Below, piece by piece: positions 1 through 10,351 of a stretch of 59,415 nucleotides of DNA. The notes under the pieces are model-generated. The model was not told where the DNA came from and searched no databases. It saw only the letters and a program-made list of their open reading frames with translations. Origin of the DNA: an uncultured Lewinella sp. (GTDB lineage: Bacteria > Bacteroidota > Bacteroidia > Chitinophagales > Saprospiraceae); NCBI GenBank assembly GCA_913056515.1, contig CAJXMP010000001.1, positions 1-59,415 of the forward strand, in the 5' to 3' direction. The position numbers were made by a program, and so were the translations under genes. Position 1 is the stretch's first letter. Each line of letters begins with the position of its first letter.

Positions 1-214
1 AAAGGAATAAGGGCCACAACAACATATTGATCCAAAAGATAAAGTTGATGTAGTACTCTGAAAAGATTTGTTCAAAACCCAAGTCATGCTCGATAAACTT
101 GTCTACCTTATTGATATAATCGATGGATAAGGCAATAAGGGTAAAGATCAGACACACGAACAAGAATGTCTTGATAAATTTCTTCCCTATATATAGATCG
201 AGCTTTTTTACCAT
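1..214 (-). CDS. LptF/LptG (YjgP/YjgQ) family permease, N-terminal part only; the gene runs off the left edge
   Basis: Not in the ORF track because it is truncated. The minus-strand ATG at 214..212 gives MVKKLDLYIGKKFIKTFLFVCLIFTLIALSIDYINKVDKF..., the typical N-terminus and first TM helix of LptF/LptG-type permeases. It lies 9 nt downstream of the tgt stop. Confidence 0.6.
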   Translation of the reverse strand, partial: MVKKLDLYIGKKFIKTFLFVCLIFTLIALSIDYINKVDKFIEHDLGFEQIFSEYYINFIFWINMLLWPLFL

Positions 215-223
215 AAATTTGTT

Positions 224-1354
224 TTACAATCTACGGGTAATTTTTGGCATCATTTCGTCTTTCCATACGCTAAACGTCCCAGCAATAATATGTTTTCTAG
301 CTTCTTTAACCAACCAAAGGAAAAAAGCTAAGTTGTGCATACTAGCAATTTGTGCTCCTAAACTTTCCTTTGCAGCAAAAAGGTGTCTCACATATGCTTT
401 GGTATGTAGCCTTGACGTTTCAGCGGTGCTATTGGGGTCTAGTGGTTCATGTACATTCTTCCATTTGGCATTTTTAATGTTTAAAATACCCTCAGAAGTA
501 TATAAAAGACCATGTCTTGCATTTCTAGTTGGTAAAACACAATCGAACATATCAACACCCAACGAAATACACTCTAGGAGATTGGCAGGGGTACCAACGC
601 CCATTAAATATCTTGGTTTGTCCTTGGGTAGGATTTGACAAACGTGATCAGTCATCTCATACATGTCCTCTGCAGGCTCACCAACGCTCAATCCACCAAT
701 AGCATTACCATCCTGCTCCATAGAGGCAATAAATTCTGCTGATTTGGCTCTAAGGTCCTTATAAACAGATCCTTGAACTATGGGGAATAGCGTTTGCTTG
801 TAATCATAAATGGGTGAAGTGTTATTGACATGATTTACGCAACGCTTCAACCAACGATGAGTCATCTCCATAGACTTTCTGGCATATTCATAGGTACATG
901 GGTATGGTGTGCATTCGTCAAAAGCCATAATTATATCTGCACCTATGCTTCGCTGAATATCCATGGCGGACTCTGGTGAAAAAAAGTGCTTGGATCCATC
1001 GATATGTGAACGGAACGTTACCCCTTTTTCAGTGATTTTTCTTCGCTGACTTAAGGAATACACTTGGAATCCACCGCTATCAGTCAGGATGGGTCTATCC
1101 CAGTTGATAAATTTATGTAGGCCTCCTGCTTCTTCTAGAATATCTGTTCCTGGTTTGAGGTATAAGTGATAGGTATTACCTAAAATTATCTGGGCTTGTA
1201 TTTGTTCTTTTAAGTCCCTTTGTTGTACTGTTTTTACAGTACCAATGGTGCCTACAGGCATAAAGATTGGAGTTTCAATATCTCCATGGTCAGTGGTAAC
1301 GACACCAGCTCGGGCATTACTCTTTTCGTCGTTTGAAATCAGCTTAAAATCCAG
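224..1354 (-). CDS. tgt: tRNA-guanine transglycosylase (queuine tRNA-ribosyltransferase)
   Basis: The 345-aa ORF (224..1261) is a clear Tgt. The in-frame upstream 31 codons (LDFKLISNDEKSNARAGVVTTDHGDIETPIF) are the conserved Tgt N-terminus and give about 376 aa. The only start-like codon before the in-frame stop at 1367..1369 is CTG at 1354..1352, so the start is uncertain. The minimal ATG start is 1261. Confidence 0.9.
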   Translation of the reverse strand: MDFKLISNDEKSNARAGVVTTDHGDIETPIFMPVGTIGTVKTVQQRDLKEQIQAQIILGNTYHLYLKPGTDILEEAGGLHKFINWDRPILTDSGGFQVYSLSQRRKITEKGVTFRSHIDGSKHFFSPESAMDIQRSIGADIIMAFDECTPYPCTYEYARKSMEMTHRWLKRCVNHVNNTSPIYDYKQTLFPIVQGSVYKDLRAKSAEFIASMEQDGNAIGGLSVGEPAEDMYEMTDHVCQILPKDKPRYLMGVGTPANLLECISLGVDMFDCVLPTRNARHGLLYTSEGILNIKNAKWKNVHEPLDPNSTAETSRLHTKAYVRHLFAAKESLGAQIASMHNLAFFLWLVKEARKHIIAGTFSVWKDEMMPKITRRL

Positions 1355-1399
1355 AACGCAATAGTTTTATTATAAAGCTACAAAGTTAATAAAGTATGC

Positions 1400-2797
1400 C
1401 TAATTCCGATTGCGGTGTCTATCCAAATTGAGTAAGATGCCCATCATCATGGAAAAACCTAATAGGGAGGATCCTCCCTTACTAATAAATGGCAAAGGGA
1501 TACCAATAACGGGTGCTAAGCCCATGGTCATGCCTATGTTGATAAAGAAATGTAAGAATAAAATACTAGCTACACCGTATCCAAAGACTCGGGCGAAGGT
1601 TGTTTTTTGCCGTTCAGCAATACTAACTAAGCGTAGGATAAGGAGGACAAAAAGTAAAATGATTCCAGTAGTTCCGACAAAGCCTTGCTCCTCCCCTATG
1701 GTACAGAAAATGAAATCTGTATTCTGTTCGGGAACATGGTTTCCTGCCGTAAGGTCTCCTCTGAAAATACCTTTTCCCATGACACCGCCAGAACCGATAG
1801 CAAGTTTGGATTGATTTAAGTTGTACAATGAGCCTTGCGGGTCACATTCAGCAGGGTTCAGCCATACATTAATCCTATCTTTTTGGTGCGGTTTCAAGTT
1901 TTCAAATGAAAAGTCTGCAACAAATACTACCGCCGAAGCTATCAGAGCTGCAGCTAGAGACATCAAAGGCAGTCTAAAGTCTTTCTTTGCAAAGTTTATG
2001 CCTGCAAGTATCGCAAAAAAGCCTCCTGCGATGTAAAAGGTGTATACAACCGGACTTGTGGTGAAAAAGTAAACAGCAGCAATAGCGGCTATTATACCAA
2101 AAATCCATACATATTTTCTATTTCTTTGAAGGGCTAAGAAGCATATAGCAAATAGACAAATAATGGAAATGATGGAATAGGCCTCAAATCTCAAACCTAG
2201 AATGAGTAAAATCATCGTAACTATTCCTGTTATCAAGAAATTAGAGGGGAAGCCTTCTCGATATAACACAATAAAAAACGATAGAAATACAAGGGCCGAT
2301 CCAGCATCCGGTTGAAGCAATATTAATAGCATTGGTGCAACAAACAGCCCGATACTGATGGCTTGCGAGCGAATATTTTTTAAGGATATAGAGAATGAAC
2401 CTAAGTAAGCGGCAAGAGCTAAGTTGGTAAAGACTTTTGCTAGCTCAGAGGGTTGAAGGGTAAAAGAGGCTAAGCGATACCATGATTTTGCACCTTTTAT
2501 CTCAACACCAAATATCAAGACTCCTATCAGTAAAACAATCCCTATAGCATACATTGGATAGGCTAAGTTTAGCCAAAATTTTCGATCCAATGCGGCGCAA
2601 ACAAAGAAGGCAGCTGCACTAATAACCACCCACATACTTTGAGATCTCACCACACTATTTGAAAAAATACTATCTAGGGATTGAAGGTTGATTTGATCTG
2701 CTTCAACAGAAAGAATCATTAGCCAGCCTACCAATACTAAACCAAAGTAAAGAGACACACTAATAAGATCAATCTTTTTGCCAATTGAAGCAGACAT
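1400..2797 (-). CDS. rodA: Rod shape-determining protein RodA (SEDS family, FtsW/RodA/SpoVE)
   Basis: 465-aa polytopic membrane protein with SEDS-family hallmarks (GSALVF, PEQNTDFIF, GLAPVIGIPLPFISKGGSSLL). Confidence 0.85.
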   Translation of the reverse strand: MSASIGKKIDLISVSLYFGLVLVGWLMILSVEADQINLQSLDSIFSNSVVRSQSMWVVISAAAFFVCAALDRKFWLNLAYPMYAIGIVLLIGVLIFGVEIKGAKSWYRLASFTLQPSELAKVFTNLALAAYLGSFSISLKNIRSQAISIGLFVAPMLLILLQPDAGSALVFLSFFIVLYREGFPSNFLITGIVTMILLILGLRFEAYSIISIICLFAICFLALQRNRKYVWIFGIIAAIAAVYFFTTSPVVYTFYIAGGFFAILAGINFAKKDFRLPLMSLAAALIASAVVFVADFSFENLKPHQKDRINVWLNPAECDPQGSLYNLNQSKLAIGSGGVMGKGIFRGDLTAGNHVPEQNTDFIFCTIGEEQGFVGTTGIILLFVLLILRLVSIAERQKTTFARVFGYGVASILFLHFFINIGMTMGLAPVIGIPLPFISKGGSSLLGFSMMMGILLNLDRHRNRN

Positions 2798-2812
2798 ATG
2801 AAGTAATATCCT

Positions 2813-3220
2813 TTAATTCAGGAATAGCGTTTTTGGTAATGCATTTGAACGTTTGCAGACTGCAGAGGGAAATTCTTGTTGTACTATGTGCAAAACTCTA
2901 ATCGCATCTTCTCTTTTTAAAAAGGCTCCAACATTTACTTTGTAGTACGGTCGATCATGTACCCAGTCCGCCTGCAATGCGGGATACAAGTCTCCAAATT
3001 TATTGAGTTGATACTCTAGTTCTGATCGGTCTACAGTAGATAATAATTGAATATTCCAACCCTTTTGATTGGGTTGATTTTCAGCTATTTCTTGACAATT
3101 ATTGATCAAGTTTTGCACTTTAGGTTCGTAGCTTACCTGATAGGTAGATTCCACTTGGGCTATCGATTGGATAGTCAAGATGCAAAAGAACATGGCTAAG
3201 AGTATTCTAGGCTTAATCAT
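2813..3220 (-). CDS. SPOR (peptidoglycan-binding) domain protein, secreted
   Basis: The C-terminal part (WNIQLLSTVDRSELEYQLNKF...YYKVNVGAFLKREDAIRV) looks like a SPOR domain. A signal-peptide-like MIKPRILLAMFFCILTIQSIAQ at the internal Met makes 3220 a better start than 3280. It sits 15 nt upstream of rodA. Confidence 0.6.
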   Translation of the reverse strand: MIKPRILLAMFFCILTIQSIAQVESTYQVSYEPKVQNLINNCQEIAENQPNQKGWNIQLLSTVDRSELEYQLNKFGDLYPALQADWVHDRPYYKVNVGAFLKREDAIRVLHIVQQEFPSAVCKRSNALPKTLFLN

Positions 3221-3324
3221 ACAATGGACTGGAATTTGTTTTCTAATAATTAAATATAAAACAAAGCAGTCTAATATCAATGATAAAGACCTTCATTCTA
3301 AATTTAGCAAAAAGGCTTAGGGTA

Positions 3325-3972
3325 TTATTTTATGATGTTCAGGCAAGCAGATGATCCGATACGGTCTGCACCTGCTTCGATAAGCTTAATAGCTTGTCGT
3401 TTTGATTTAATGCCTCCCGAAGCTTTGATTTTTATATCAGTAGGAAGCATTGATCGGAGCTTTTGTATCATGTCTACTGTAGCTCCATCTCCTTGATAAC
3501 CAGAGGAGTTTTTAATGTAGTGCACCCCGCTTTCGACACAGTATTCGAGTACTCGTTTTAATTCATCTTCAGTCAAAATACTGGCTTCCACTATCATCTT
3601 GATCGTTTTACCGCGCATAGTTACTGATCTGACAATAGTCTCAATATCATTACGAACAAAAGAATACTCACCTGATTTAAGTGCAGCTATGTTTACTACC
3701 GCATCTATTTCATCTGCACCATGATCAATAGCCCATTTGATTTCAGCTGCTTTAGCAACGGTGGGATTGTATCCAAAAGGAAATCCTGCAACAGTAGCAA
3801 GTTTTACATCGCTTTCAGCAAGTATTTTAGAAGCAAAGGAAGCGAAATACGGATTGATACAAATGGCTTTAAATTCATTCGCAATAGCTTCATGGCACAA
3901 GGTCTTAATTTCATCAGTGTTTGCTGTTGGAATCAATAAGGTATGGTCAAGATAGGATTGCAAATGCTCCAT
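3325..3972 (-). CDS. deoC: Deoxyribose-phosphate aldolase
   Basis: 215-aa DeoC family protein: TVAGFPFGY, and the IKASGGI motif with the Schiff-base Lys region. Confidence 0.9.
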   Translation of the reverse strand: MEHLQSYLDHTLLIPTANTDEIKTLCHEAIANEFKAICINPYFASFASKILAESDVKLATVAGFPFGYNPTVAKAAEIKWAIDHGADEIDAVVNIAALKSGEYSFVRNDIETIVRSVTMRGKTIKMIVEASILTEDELKRVLEYCVESGVHYIKNSSGYQGDGATVDMIQKLRSMLPTDIKIKASGGIKSKRQAIKLIEAGADRIGSSACLNIIK

Positions 3973-4053
3973 TTGTAATTTTCAGGTGTACTAATCAGAA
4001 ACGCAAAGAAATACTTAGTAGTTCTAAAATAGAAATAAATAATACTAATTGTC

Positions 4054-4082
4054 AGAACAGGTGCAAATTTTGCACCTGTTCT
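4054..4082 (-). terminator. Perfect 14-bp palindromic hairpin downstream of the secA stop
   Basis: agaacaggtgcaaa/tttgcacctgttct lies 13 nt past the secA stop and is followed on the minus strand by AT/T-rich sequence. Confidence 0.6.
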
Positions 4083-4094
4083 AGACGAATGTTA

Positions 4095-7000
4095 TTATTT
4101 ACCGTGACATTGCTTGTATTTTTTGCCACTGCCACAAGGACAAGGTTCATTTCTACCCACTTTCTTTTCCTCTCTCTTAAAGGTTTCAGGTCTGCGGTTT
4201 TCTCTTCCTGCGGCCATAGCTGCTCTTCTGCGCATAATCTCTTCTTGGCTCTTGTTCGTTTGACCCATGTTTACTTTTTGCTCTTTAGCTTCAGAGAGTG
4301 AAGAGCCATCTGCAAACATGATAGTTCCTTTGGCTAAATAGGAAGTTACATCTTCATTTATTCCTAAGATTAAGTTTTCGAACTGGTCGTAAGCACCAAG
4401 TTTATATTCAACTAAAGGATCTTTTTGAGCAAATTGAGCTGCCCTAGAGGTTTCTTTTAGTTCATCCATAGACCTCAAATGTTCTTTCCATTTGTTGTCA
4501 ATGATGGCCAAAGAAATTGTTTTTTTAATGTCCTTTACGATGGATTTTCCTTCTGATTCAACTGCAGATTCTAGCTCAGCGGAAACTCGAACTCGCTTGT
4601 TACTACCATCTGTAAATGGAATAGCAATTCGCTTGTATCTATTTCCTTGTGTCTCATACACACGCTTAGCTTGTGGGTAGACAGCGCCAATGATTTGCTC
4701 TTCTTTTCGATTTAAGAAAGCATCAAATTGTTCAGCAAATAAATCTTGAATTTCTTGTACATTACTATTTGCAAAAACTTCTTCACTGATATCTGGGGTG
4801 AATCCCATTATACTTAAAGAGGCCTGTTTGAAGTCTTCGTAGTTATTACGCGATTTGTATATTTCAACGATGTTAGAAATAATCGACGTAAACATACTAT
4901 TCAAGTCAATTTCCAATCGGTCACCCGAAAGGGCATTATTCCTTTTGGTATAGATGGCTGAACGCTGAATGTTCATTACATCATCATATTCCAATAGGCG
5001 CTTTCTGACTCCAAAGTTATTTTCTTCCACACGTTTTTGTGCTTTTTCAATAGAACGTGTAACCATGCTATGTTCAAGTACGTCACCCTCTTTATGGCCA
5101 AGAGAATCCATATACTTGATCAGTCTTTCAGACTGGAATTTACGCATCAGATCATCCTCTAAAGACACATAGAATTGTGATGAACCAGGATCTCCTTGAC
5201 GCCCAGATCGACCTCTCAACTGTCTATCGACTCTTCGGGAATCGTGCCTTTCGGTTCCTATGATGGCTAGTCCACCTGCATCTTTAACTTCTTGGCTCAG
5301 TTTGATATCCGTACCCCGACCAGCCATATTGGTTGCAATTGTAACTTTACCAGGTTTACCAGCTTCAGCTACAATTTCAGCCTCACGTTGGTGTTGTCTA
5401 GCATTTAGTACATTGTGGTTAATGCCCTTAAGTTTGAGTAGTTTACTTAAACGCTCTGACATATCTACGGTAGTTGTACCCACTAGAACGGGCCTTCCTG
5501 CTTGAGTATATTCAATAATCTGGTCGATTACTGCATTAACTTTTTCACGTTCTGTTTTGAATACGAGATCATTTTTGTCTTGACGTGCAATAGGCCTATT
5601 GGTAGGGATTACTACTACATCTAGCTTGTAGATTTCCCAGAATTCACCAGCCTCAGTCTCGGCAGTACCTGTCATTCCTGACAGTTTATGATACATACGG
5701 AAGTAGTTCTGAAGGGTAATTGTTGCATATGTTTGTGTAATATTACCAATCTTCACATTTTCTTTTGCTTCAAGGGCTTGGTGTAAACCATCTGAATATC
5801 TTCGACCTTCCATCACACGACCAGTAGACTCATCGATGATCTTGACTTCAGAATTCTGTACATCATATTCAATCCCTTTATCGAAAAGTGTGTATGCTTT
5901 TACGAGTTGATTGATTGCGTGAAGCCTTTGTGTTTTAACCGTATATTCTTGTGCTAATTCTGTTTTAAGGGCTTCTTTTTGTTGCAAATCTATATCTGAC
6001 CTAGACTCAATAGTCATCATTTCCCCCGCTAAATCTGGGATCATAAAGAAGTCAGTACTGGAGTTACCTTTTGAGAGGAACTCGATTCCTTTATCTGTTA
6101 ATTCTACGTTTCTATTGGCTTCACTAATGGTAAAAAGTAAGGGGTCATCTACTAAGTACATGCGCTTTTCTTTTTCAGCCATGTAGAAGTTTTCTGCTTT
6201 CTGCAGTATTGTCCTTACGCCTTCCTCACTTTTAAACTTAATTAATGGACGATGCTTAGGGAATGCTCTATGCGCACGAAGTATAGCCATACCCATTTGT
6301 CCTTCGTCATGTCCAACTACGCCTTCTGCAAATAGTTTTTTGGCTTCTGTTAGGTAGCTATTAGCCAATTTCTTTTGTTCGTTTATAAGTCTTTCAACAG
6401 AACTTTTCAGATTGATATATTCTTCTATCTCATTGTTTTGAGGTACAGGACCTGAAATGATCAATGGAGTACGTGCATCATCAATCAGGACAGAATCGAC
6501 CTCATCGACCATAGCAAAATGGTGTTTGCGTTGTACTTTTTCCTCTGGGCTCGTTACCATATTATCTCTCAAGTAATCGAATCCAAATTCATTATTCGTT
6601 CCATAGATTACATCACACTTATAGGCAGCAATACGTTCAGGAGAGTGTGGTTGGTATTTATCGATACAGTCCACAGTTAGTAAAAGGAACTCCAAAAGAG
6701 GACCAATCCATTCACTATCACGCTTAGCTAGGTAATCATTCACAGTTACGACATGTACACCGTATCCAGAAAGTCCGTTCAAATATGCTGGTAGAGTCGC
6801 TACTAAAGTCTTTCCCTCACCTGTTTGCATTTCTGCGATCTTTCCATCGTGTAATACCATACCGCCAATGAGCTGCACGTCGTAATGGATCATATTCCAC
6901 TCAATCTCACCTCCTGCTGCCAACCAGTTTTTATGGTATACAGCCTTATCACCTTCAATTTTTACATAGGATTTGCCAGGTTTGGCAGCTAATTCTCTAT

Positions 7001-7400
7001 CGTGGGTAGTGGCAGTAACACTTAAGTCTTCGCCTAAGGTAAATCTTCTTGCAGCTTCTTTTACTACAGCAAAAGCTTTGGGACGGATATCAAGTAATAC
7101 TTCTTCCAACAACAAATCTCTTTCTCCAATAAGCGCATCCATTTGTTTGAAGAGATCTTCCTTTTCAAACACATCTTCAGTGTTTAAAGCGGTTGTTCTA
7201 ATGCCTTGTATCTGTTCTTCAATTTCTTTTAAATGGTCCTTGATCTGAGCTCTAAAGAGATTGGTTTGTTCTCTTAATTCATCGTTACTTAGTGGGCTTA
7301 ATTTTTCAAACTCTTCATTGATTTGATTTACAATGGGTTCAAACTTTTTCCTATCTCGCTCGCTTTTGGTTCCAAATACTTTCTTAAATACACCAAACAT
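4095..7400 (-). CDS. secA: Preprotein translocase ATPase SecA
   Basis: 1101 aa. Walker [14 protein letters not shown]-like [19 protein letters not shown], and C-terminal zinc motif [14 protein letters not shown]. Confidence 0.97.
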   Translation of the reverse strand: MFGVFKKVFGTKSERDRKKFEPIVNQINEEFEKLSPLSNDELREQTNLFRAQIKDHLKEIEEQIQGIRTTALNTEDVFEKEDLFKQMDALIGERDLLLEEVLLDIRPKAFAVVKEAARRFTLGEDLSVTATTHDRELAAKPGKSYVKIEGDKAVYHKNWLAAGGEIEWNMIHYDVQLIGGMVLHDGKIAEMQTGEGKTLVATLPAYLNGLSGYGVHVVTVNDYLAKRDSEWIGPLLEFLLLTVDCIDKYQPHSPERIAAYKCDVIYGTNNEFGFDYLRDNMVTSPEEKVQRKHHFAMVDEVDSVLIDDARTPLIISGPVPQNNEIEEYINLKSSVERLINEQKKLANSYLTEAKKLFAEGVVGHDEGQMGMAILRAHRAFPKHRPLIKFKSEEGVRTILQKAENFYMAEKEKRMYLVDDPLLFTISEANRNVELTDKGIEFLSKGNSSTDFFMIPDLAGEMMTIESRSDIDLQQKEALKTELAQEYTVKTQRLHAINQLVKAYTLFDKGIEYDVQNSEVKIIDESTGRVMEGRRYSDGLHQALEAKENVKIGNITQTYATITLQNYFRMYHKLSGMTGTAETEAGEFWEIYKLDVVVIPTNRPIARQDKNDLVFKTEREKVNAVIDQIIEYTQAGRPVLVGTTTVDMSERLSKLLKLKGINHNVLNARQHQREAEIVAEAGKPGKVTIATNMAGRGTDIKLSQEVKDAGGLAIIGTERHDSRRVDRQLRGRSGRQGDPGSSQFYVSLEDDLMRKFQSERLIKYMDSLGHKEGDVLEHSMVTRSIEKAQKRVEENNFGVRKRLLEYDDVMNIQRSAIYTKRNNALSGDRLEIDLNSMFTSIISNIVEIYKSRNNYEDFKQASLSIMGFTPDISEEVFANSNVQEIQDLFAEQFDAFLNRKEEQIIGAVYPQAKRVYETQGNRYKRIAIPFTDGSNKRVRVSAELESAVESEGKSIVKDIKKTISLAIIDNKWKEHLRSMDELKETSRAAQFAQKDPLVEYKLGAYDQFENLILGINEDVTSYLAKGTIMFADGSSLSEAKEQKVNMGQTNKSQEEIMRRRAAMAAGRENRRPETFKREEKKVGRNEPCPCGSGKKYKQCHGK

Positions 7401-7563
7401 ATCTCGTTTTTCTTTGAATTCTAGTTAAAGTTGGGCTATGTTCATCCCATGGGTGGGTAAAGATAACTAATATTGCGTGTGGACAATAATAATATAGCTT
7501 ATTGTTATCCGATTACCACATATTGTAGTCATAAATTATACCACAATAAAAATAATTGTCAAG

Positions 7564-8292
7564 ATGGCATGGTTAAAGAACAAAAATAGGGCTATGGTTC
7601 ATAGGAGTATGATTTTTATTTGGATGGTTTGTTGTGGGATTAGTTGTAATCAGGAAAGTGAAATAAATTCAAGTTGGAAGGGGTATTATCTACCTATTGA
7701 CCTATTATCCAAGGCAGATCTAATGTATGAATATCGAAATATTGGGTCTAAGGATAGTCCATTTTATTGGTATCATCAATTGGTTTCAGATACTATTTTA
7801 GTTTCTGAGCAGCTAGATCCGACAGGAGAGATATTAGTGGAGAACAGAGAAAGACTTCTGCCAAATGGTGTCATTTTGCTTCAACAAACCGTTACAGAAC
7901 GGGATACCGTTACAGATCAACGTGTATCAACTAACTTTGACATTTTGGCAGATGATTTGTTTTCCTTTGAACCTTTAGACTCCTCATTAGTTTTGACTAA
8001 TGAAGTCCTCTTCACTTCACAGGTCTATCCTGGTCAAAACACTACAATTACCAAGAAAAGACAATATATAGGGGATACATTGGTTACTTTTAAAGGTGAA
8101 ACATATCCTGCTATACAATTTAGTTTAGAGGAACATTATGACATTGAAGAAGTTGGGCATTTAGAATTTGATGTCTTGGGGCAAGAGACATACGCTTTAG
8201 GGCTAGGTCTATTCGCATTTAAAAAGAAACTTGATGGTGGAGCGGAAGTAGCCTACATTTTGCATAATTATGAATTGGTTGAAAAAGATTAA
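7564..8292 (+). CDS. Hypothetical lipoprotein
   Basis: 242-aa ORF with a lipobox-like N-terminus (MIFIWMVCCGISC). The start could be 7594 or 7609. I recognise no family. Its last 23 nt overlap the next gene. Confidence 0.55.
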   Translation: MAWLKNKNRAMVHRSMIFIWMVCCGISCNQESEINSSWKGYYLPIDLLSKADLMYEYRNIGSKDSPFYWYHQLVSDTILVSEQLDPTGEILVENRERLLPNGVILLQQTVTERDTVTDQRVSTNFDILADDLFSFEPLDSSLVLTNEVLFTSQVYPGQNTTITKKRQYIGDTLVTFKGETYPAIQFSLEEHYDIEEVGHLEFDVLGQETYALGLGLFAFKKKLDGGAEVAYILHNYELVEKD

Positions 8293-10000
8293 TTACTTTC
8301 TTGGATTACTCTTGTTTTGGGTAGGAGGTTCAGTCGTTGCACAAGAACCAGTAAACCTTCAGTGCATAGATGGTGATTTCCTGGTATGGCTCTCGCCTTC
8401 CACACAACCTAATTGTTCGTTTATACAACATGAGATCTTTTACGCCGATAATGAAGCTGGACCCTATCAAAGTCTGTCTACTATAGCAGATATTACTCAA
8501 GAGGAACTAGAGTTGATAAATATACCTTTTGGGGTGCTATATTTTTATGTGGAGACAACTTACGACTGTTTTGGGAATGTTGTTGTCCAATCTGATACCA
8601 TCGATAATCGCCCACCAGAATTGGTATCGATTTCTTATTTAGATGTATCCGATGCAGGTATTACAGTACATTGGGATGATGAGGTTAATGATCCATTAAA
8701 CCACGGATATGTTATCTATAGAACGGATGGGAATGGCACGAATGCGCTAGATACGGTGTATGGCGTGGATGCCTATTTAGATGATTCGGTCTTGCCTATT
8801 ATGCAATCAGAAATATATTATGTGTTAGCCCTGGATCCCTGTGGTAATTTAAGCATATTTGATACGACCCATACTTCTCTCTTTTTAACTGTAGAATTTG
8901 ATTATTGTATCAATAAATTTCAGGCTGATTGGAATCTAATTGAAGATTACGAATTACTTGATTCGGTCGTTTTACAGGTGGTTCATGAAACGGGTGATAT
9001 ATATCGCAAAGTACTCAAGGATGATGCTACCTCTTCCTTGCAATCGCCCCTAAGCGGAAATGGGACATATTGTATAGAAATACTAGCCTACTATAGCTCA
9101 GGTGATGTTGCCACCAGTAATGAAGTTTGTGAGACCATCCAAGTGGCTCCTTCTGTTAAATATCTCACCACTAGTAATGTCTCTATGTTAGAATCTAGTG
9201 TTTTGATAGAATGGTTAGCCGCAGATTTAAGTGCCATAGAGTCTGTTGAGGTTATAGGGCAGGACATCAATGGGGATAATATATGGTCAAGTGGAGTTCA
9301 AGTATTATCCTTGGGTGATAATCAGTTCGTGCAAAACTTTGAGCGAAATTTTACGGATGACAGCTATCAAACTTATAGCATAAGTATAATTGACGATTGT
9401 GGTGAAGAATATCTCTCTGAACCCCTTTCAAACTTAAGATTAAGTCTGTTAGAAATAGAGGAAGAATTGCACTTTAAGTGGGATGATGGGGAACTCAGTG
9501 AGCTTAATCCCACAGGTTATCAGTTGTATAAAGTGACACCTGAGGGAGAAGTGCTATTAGGTAGCTTTGATAATCAAGTCAATAGCTTTATTTACACCCT
9601 CGAGCCTGAGGATTTAAAACAAGAAAATATACGTTTTTACTGTTTGCGACAAGGCGTTGTTTCATCAGAATTTATAGGCGAATCAAATGTTTTGACTTAT
9701 TCCAATCAGGTGAGCTTTGAGCCTAAGATCAAATTGGTTTTTCCTAATGCTTTAGCTCCAACTGGTTTCAATACAACATTTAAGCCTGTTTGGGTATCTG
9801 GAGTCTACTCAGCGTATGAACTTCAGATTTTTGATCGATATGGACAACAGCTATTCATGACACAGGATTTGAGTAATGGATGGACAGGATATTATCAAGA
9901 TAATCCTTTACCATCAGGTAGATTTCACTATATAGCTTCAATCTCAGATAGATACGGCGAAGTATATATTTACGAAGGAGATGTAGTAATTGTTAGGTAG
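8270..10000 (+). CDS. Secreted multi-domain protein with a T9SS type-B (gliding motility-associated) C-terminal sorting domain
   Basis: Signal peptide (LLFWVGGSVVAQEP). Repeated FN3-like modules (ITVHWDD..., LIEWLAAD..., LHFKWDD...YQLYKV). C-terminus FPNALAPTGFNTTFKP...LQIFDRYGQQLF...GWTGYY...PSGRFHYI...EGDVVIVR matches the CHU_C/TIGR04131-type pattern. Confidence 0.75.
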   Translation: MNWLKKINYFLGLLLFWVGGSVVAQEPVNLQCIDGDFLVWLSPSTQPNCSFIQHEIFYADNEAGPYQSLSTIADITQEELELINIPFGVLYFYVETTYDCFGNVVVQSDTIDNRPPELVSISYLDVSDAGITVHWDDEVNDPLNHGYVIYRTDGNGTNALDTVYGVDAYLDDSVLPIMQSEIYYVLALDPCGNLSIFDTTHTSLFLTVEFDYCINKFQADWNLIEDYELLDSVVLQVVHETGDIYRKVLKDDATSSLQSPLSGNGTYCIEILAYYSSGDVATSNEVCETIQVAPSVKYLTTSNVSMLESSVLIEWLAADLSAIESVEVIGQDINGDNIWSSGVQVLSLGDNQFVQNFERNFTDDSYQTYSISIIDDCGEEYLSEPLSNLRLSLLEIEEELHFKWDDGELSELNPTGYQLYKVTPEGEVLLGSFDNQVNSFIYTLEPEDLKQENIRFYCLRQGVVSSEFIGESNVLTYSNQVSFEPKIKLVFPNALAPTGFNTTFKPVWVSGVYSAYELQIFDRYGQQLFMTQDLSNGWTGYYQDNPLPSGRFHYIASISDRYGEVYIYEGDVVIVR

Positions 10001-10065
10001 ACGATATGCGTATGCTTTTTTAGGAAAAAATATATAGTAGGGTGGAAAAATAAATTAATGTTTTA

Positions 10066-10073
10066 TATATTTG
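10066..10073 (+). promoter_or_regulatory. Bacteroidota -7 promoter box (TATATTTG) for tRNA-Cys
   Basis: Exact match to TAnnTTTG, ending 19 nt upstream of the mature tRNA 5' end. Confidence 0.45.
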
Positions 10074-10091
10074 CCTCGCTTCCTAAAGCAT

Positions 10092-10162
10092 GGTCGGGTG
10101 GCCGAGTGGCTAGGCAGTGGTCTGCAAAACCTCGTACGGCGGTTCGAATCCGCTCCCGACCT
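10092..10162 (+). tRNA. tRNA-Cys (anticodon GCA)
   Basis: Hand-folded 71-nt cloverleaf. Acceptor GGTCGGG/CCCGACC, anticodon loop CTGCAAA, T-arm GGCGG-TTCGAAT-CCGCT, and discriminator U as expected for Cys. No CCA is encoded. Confidence 0.9.
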
Positions 10163-10168
10163 CAAAAA

Positions 10169-10199
10169 GTCAACTCCAAGACAGGAGTTGGCTTTTTTT
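10169..10199 (+). terminator. Rho-independent terminator after tRNA-Cys
   Basis: Stem GTCAACTCC/GGAGTTGGC with a 6-nt loop, followed by TTTTTTT. Confidence 0.8.
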
Positions 10200-10236
10200 G
10201 TTTTTTAATATTATATTTATTTATATTTATTATGAC

Positions 10237-10269
10237 AAAAAAAACGCAGGTCGAACAAATCCGACCCGC
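10237..10269 (-). terminator. Orphan minus-strand intrinsic-terminator-like hairpin
   Basis: The minus strand reads GCGGGTCG-gatttgtt-CGACCTGC (one A.C mismatch), then G and TTTTTTTT. No minus-strand ORF lies upstream of it. Confidence 0.45.
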
Positions 10270-10351
10270 AAAAAACCAAGTTAACATCCCTCTCGCCAAA
10301 AAAGGATGAAAATGATAAACAATTTTTACCATTATAGACTTGATAATAGAG

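Noticed and set aside
123-638. 171-aa plus-strand ORF, and similar antisense ORFs at 1410..1814, 1821..2036, 17827..18162, 18997..19308, 46760..47143 and 54889..55305.
   Set aside because: Each lies fully inside a strongly supported gene on the opposite strand (tgt, rodA, lysE-like, AstE-like, polA, mnmG). Their composition is low-complexity or hydrophobic, typical of shadow frames. None has a family signature.
3921-4301. 126-aa plus-strand ORF spanning the deoC/secA spacer.
   Set aside because: It overlaps the deoC start, the secA terminator hairpin and the conserved zinc-binding C-terminus of SecA on the opposite strand. It has no family signature.
7564-10000. Possibility that the two overlapping ORFs are one gene split by a frameshift.
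   Set aside because: Each ORF begins with its own signal peptide (a lipobox in the first, a cleavable AQE-type site in the second). This fits two genuine genes.
10245-10270. The hairpin downstream of tRNA-Cys shares short words with the tRNA 3' half (GGT-CGAA, ATCCG, CCCG). This raised the idea of an att remnant of an integrated element.
   Set aside because: The alignment is patchy, with no contiguous repeat of 12 nt or more. No integrase or mobile-element gene is in the window. The flanking kinase/regulator genes have ordinary composition.
10058-10309. 83-aa plus-strand ORF.
   Set aside because: It reads straight through the tRNA-Cys gene and its terminator, so it is an artefact.
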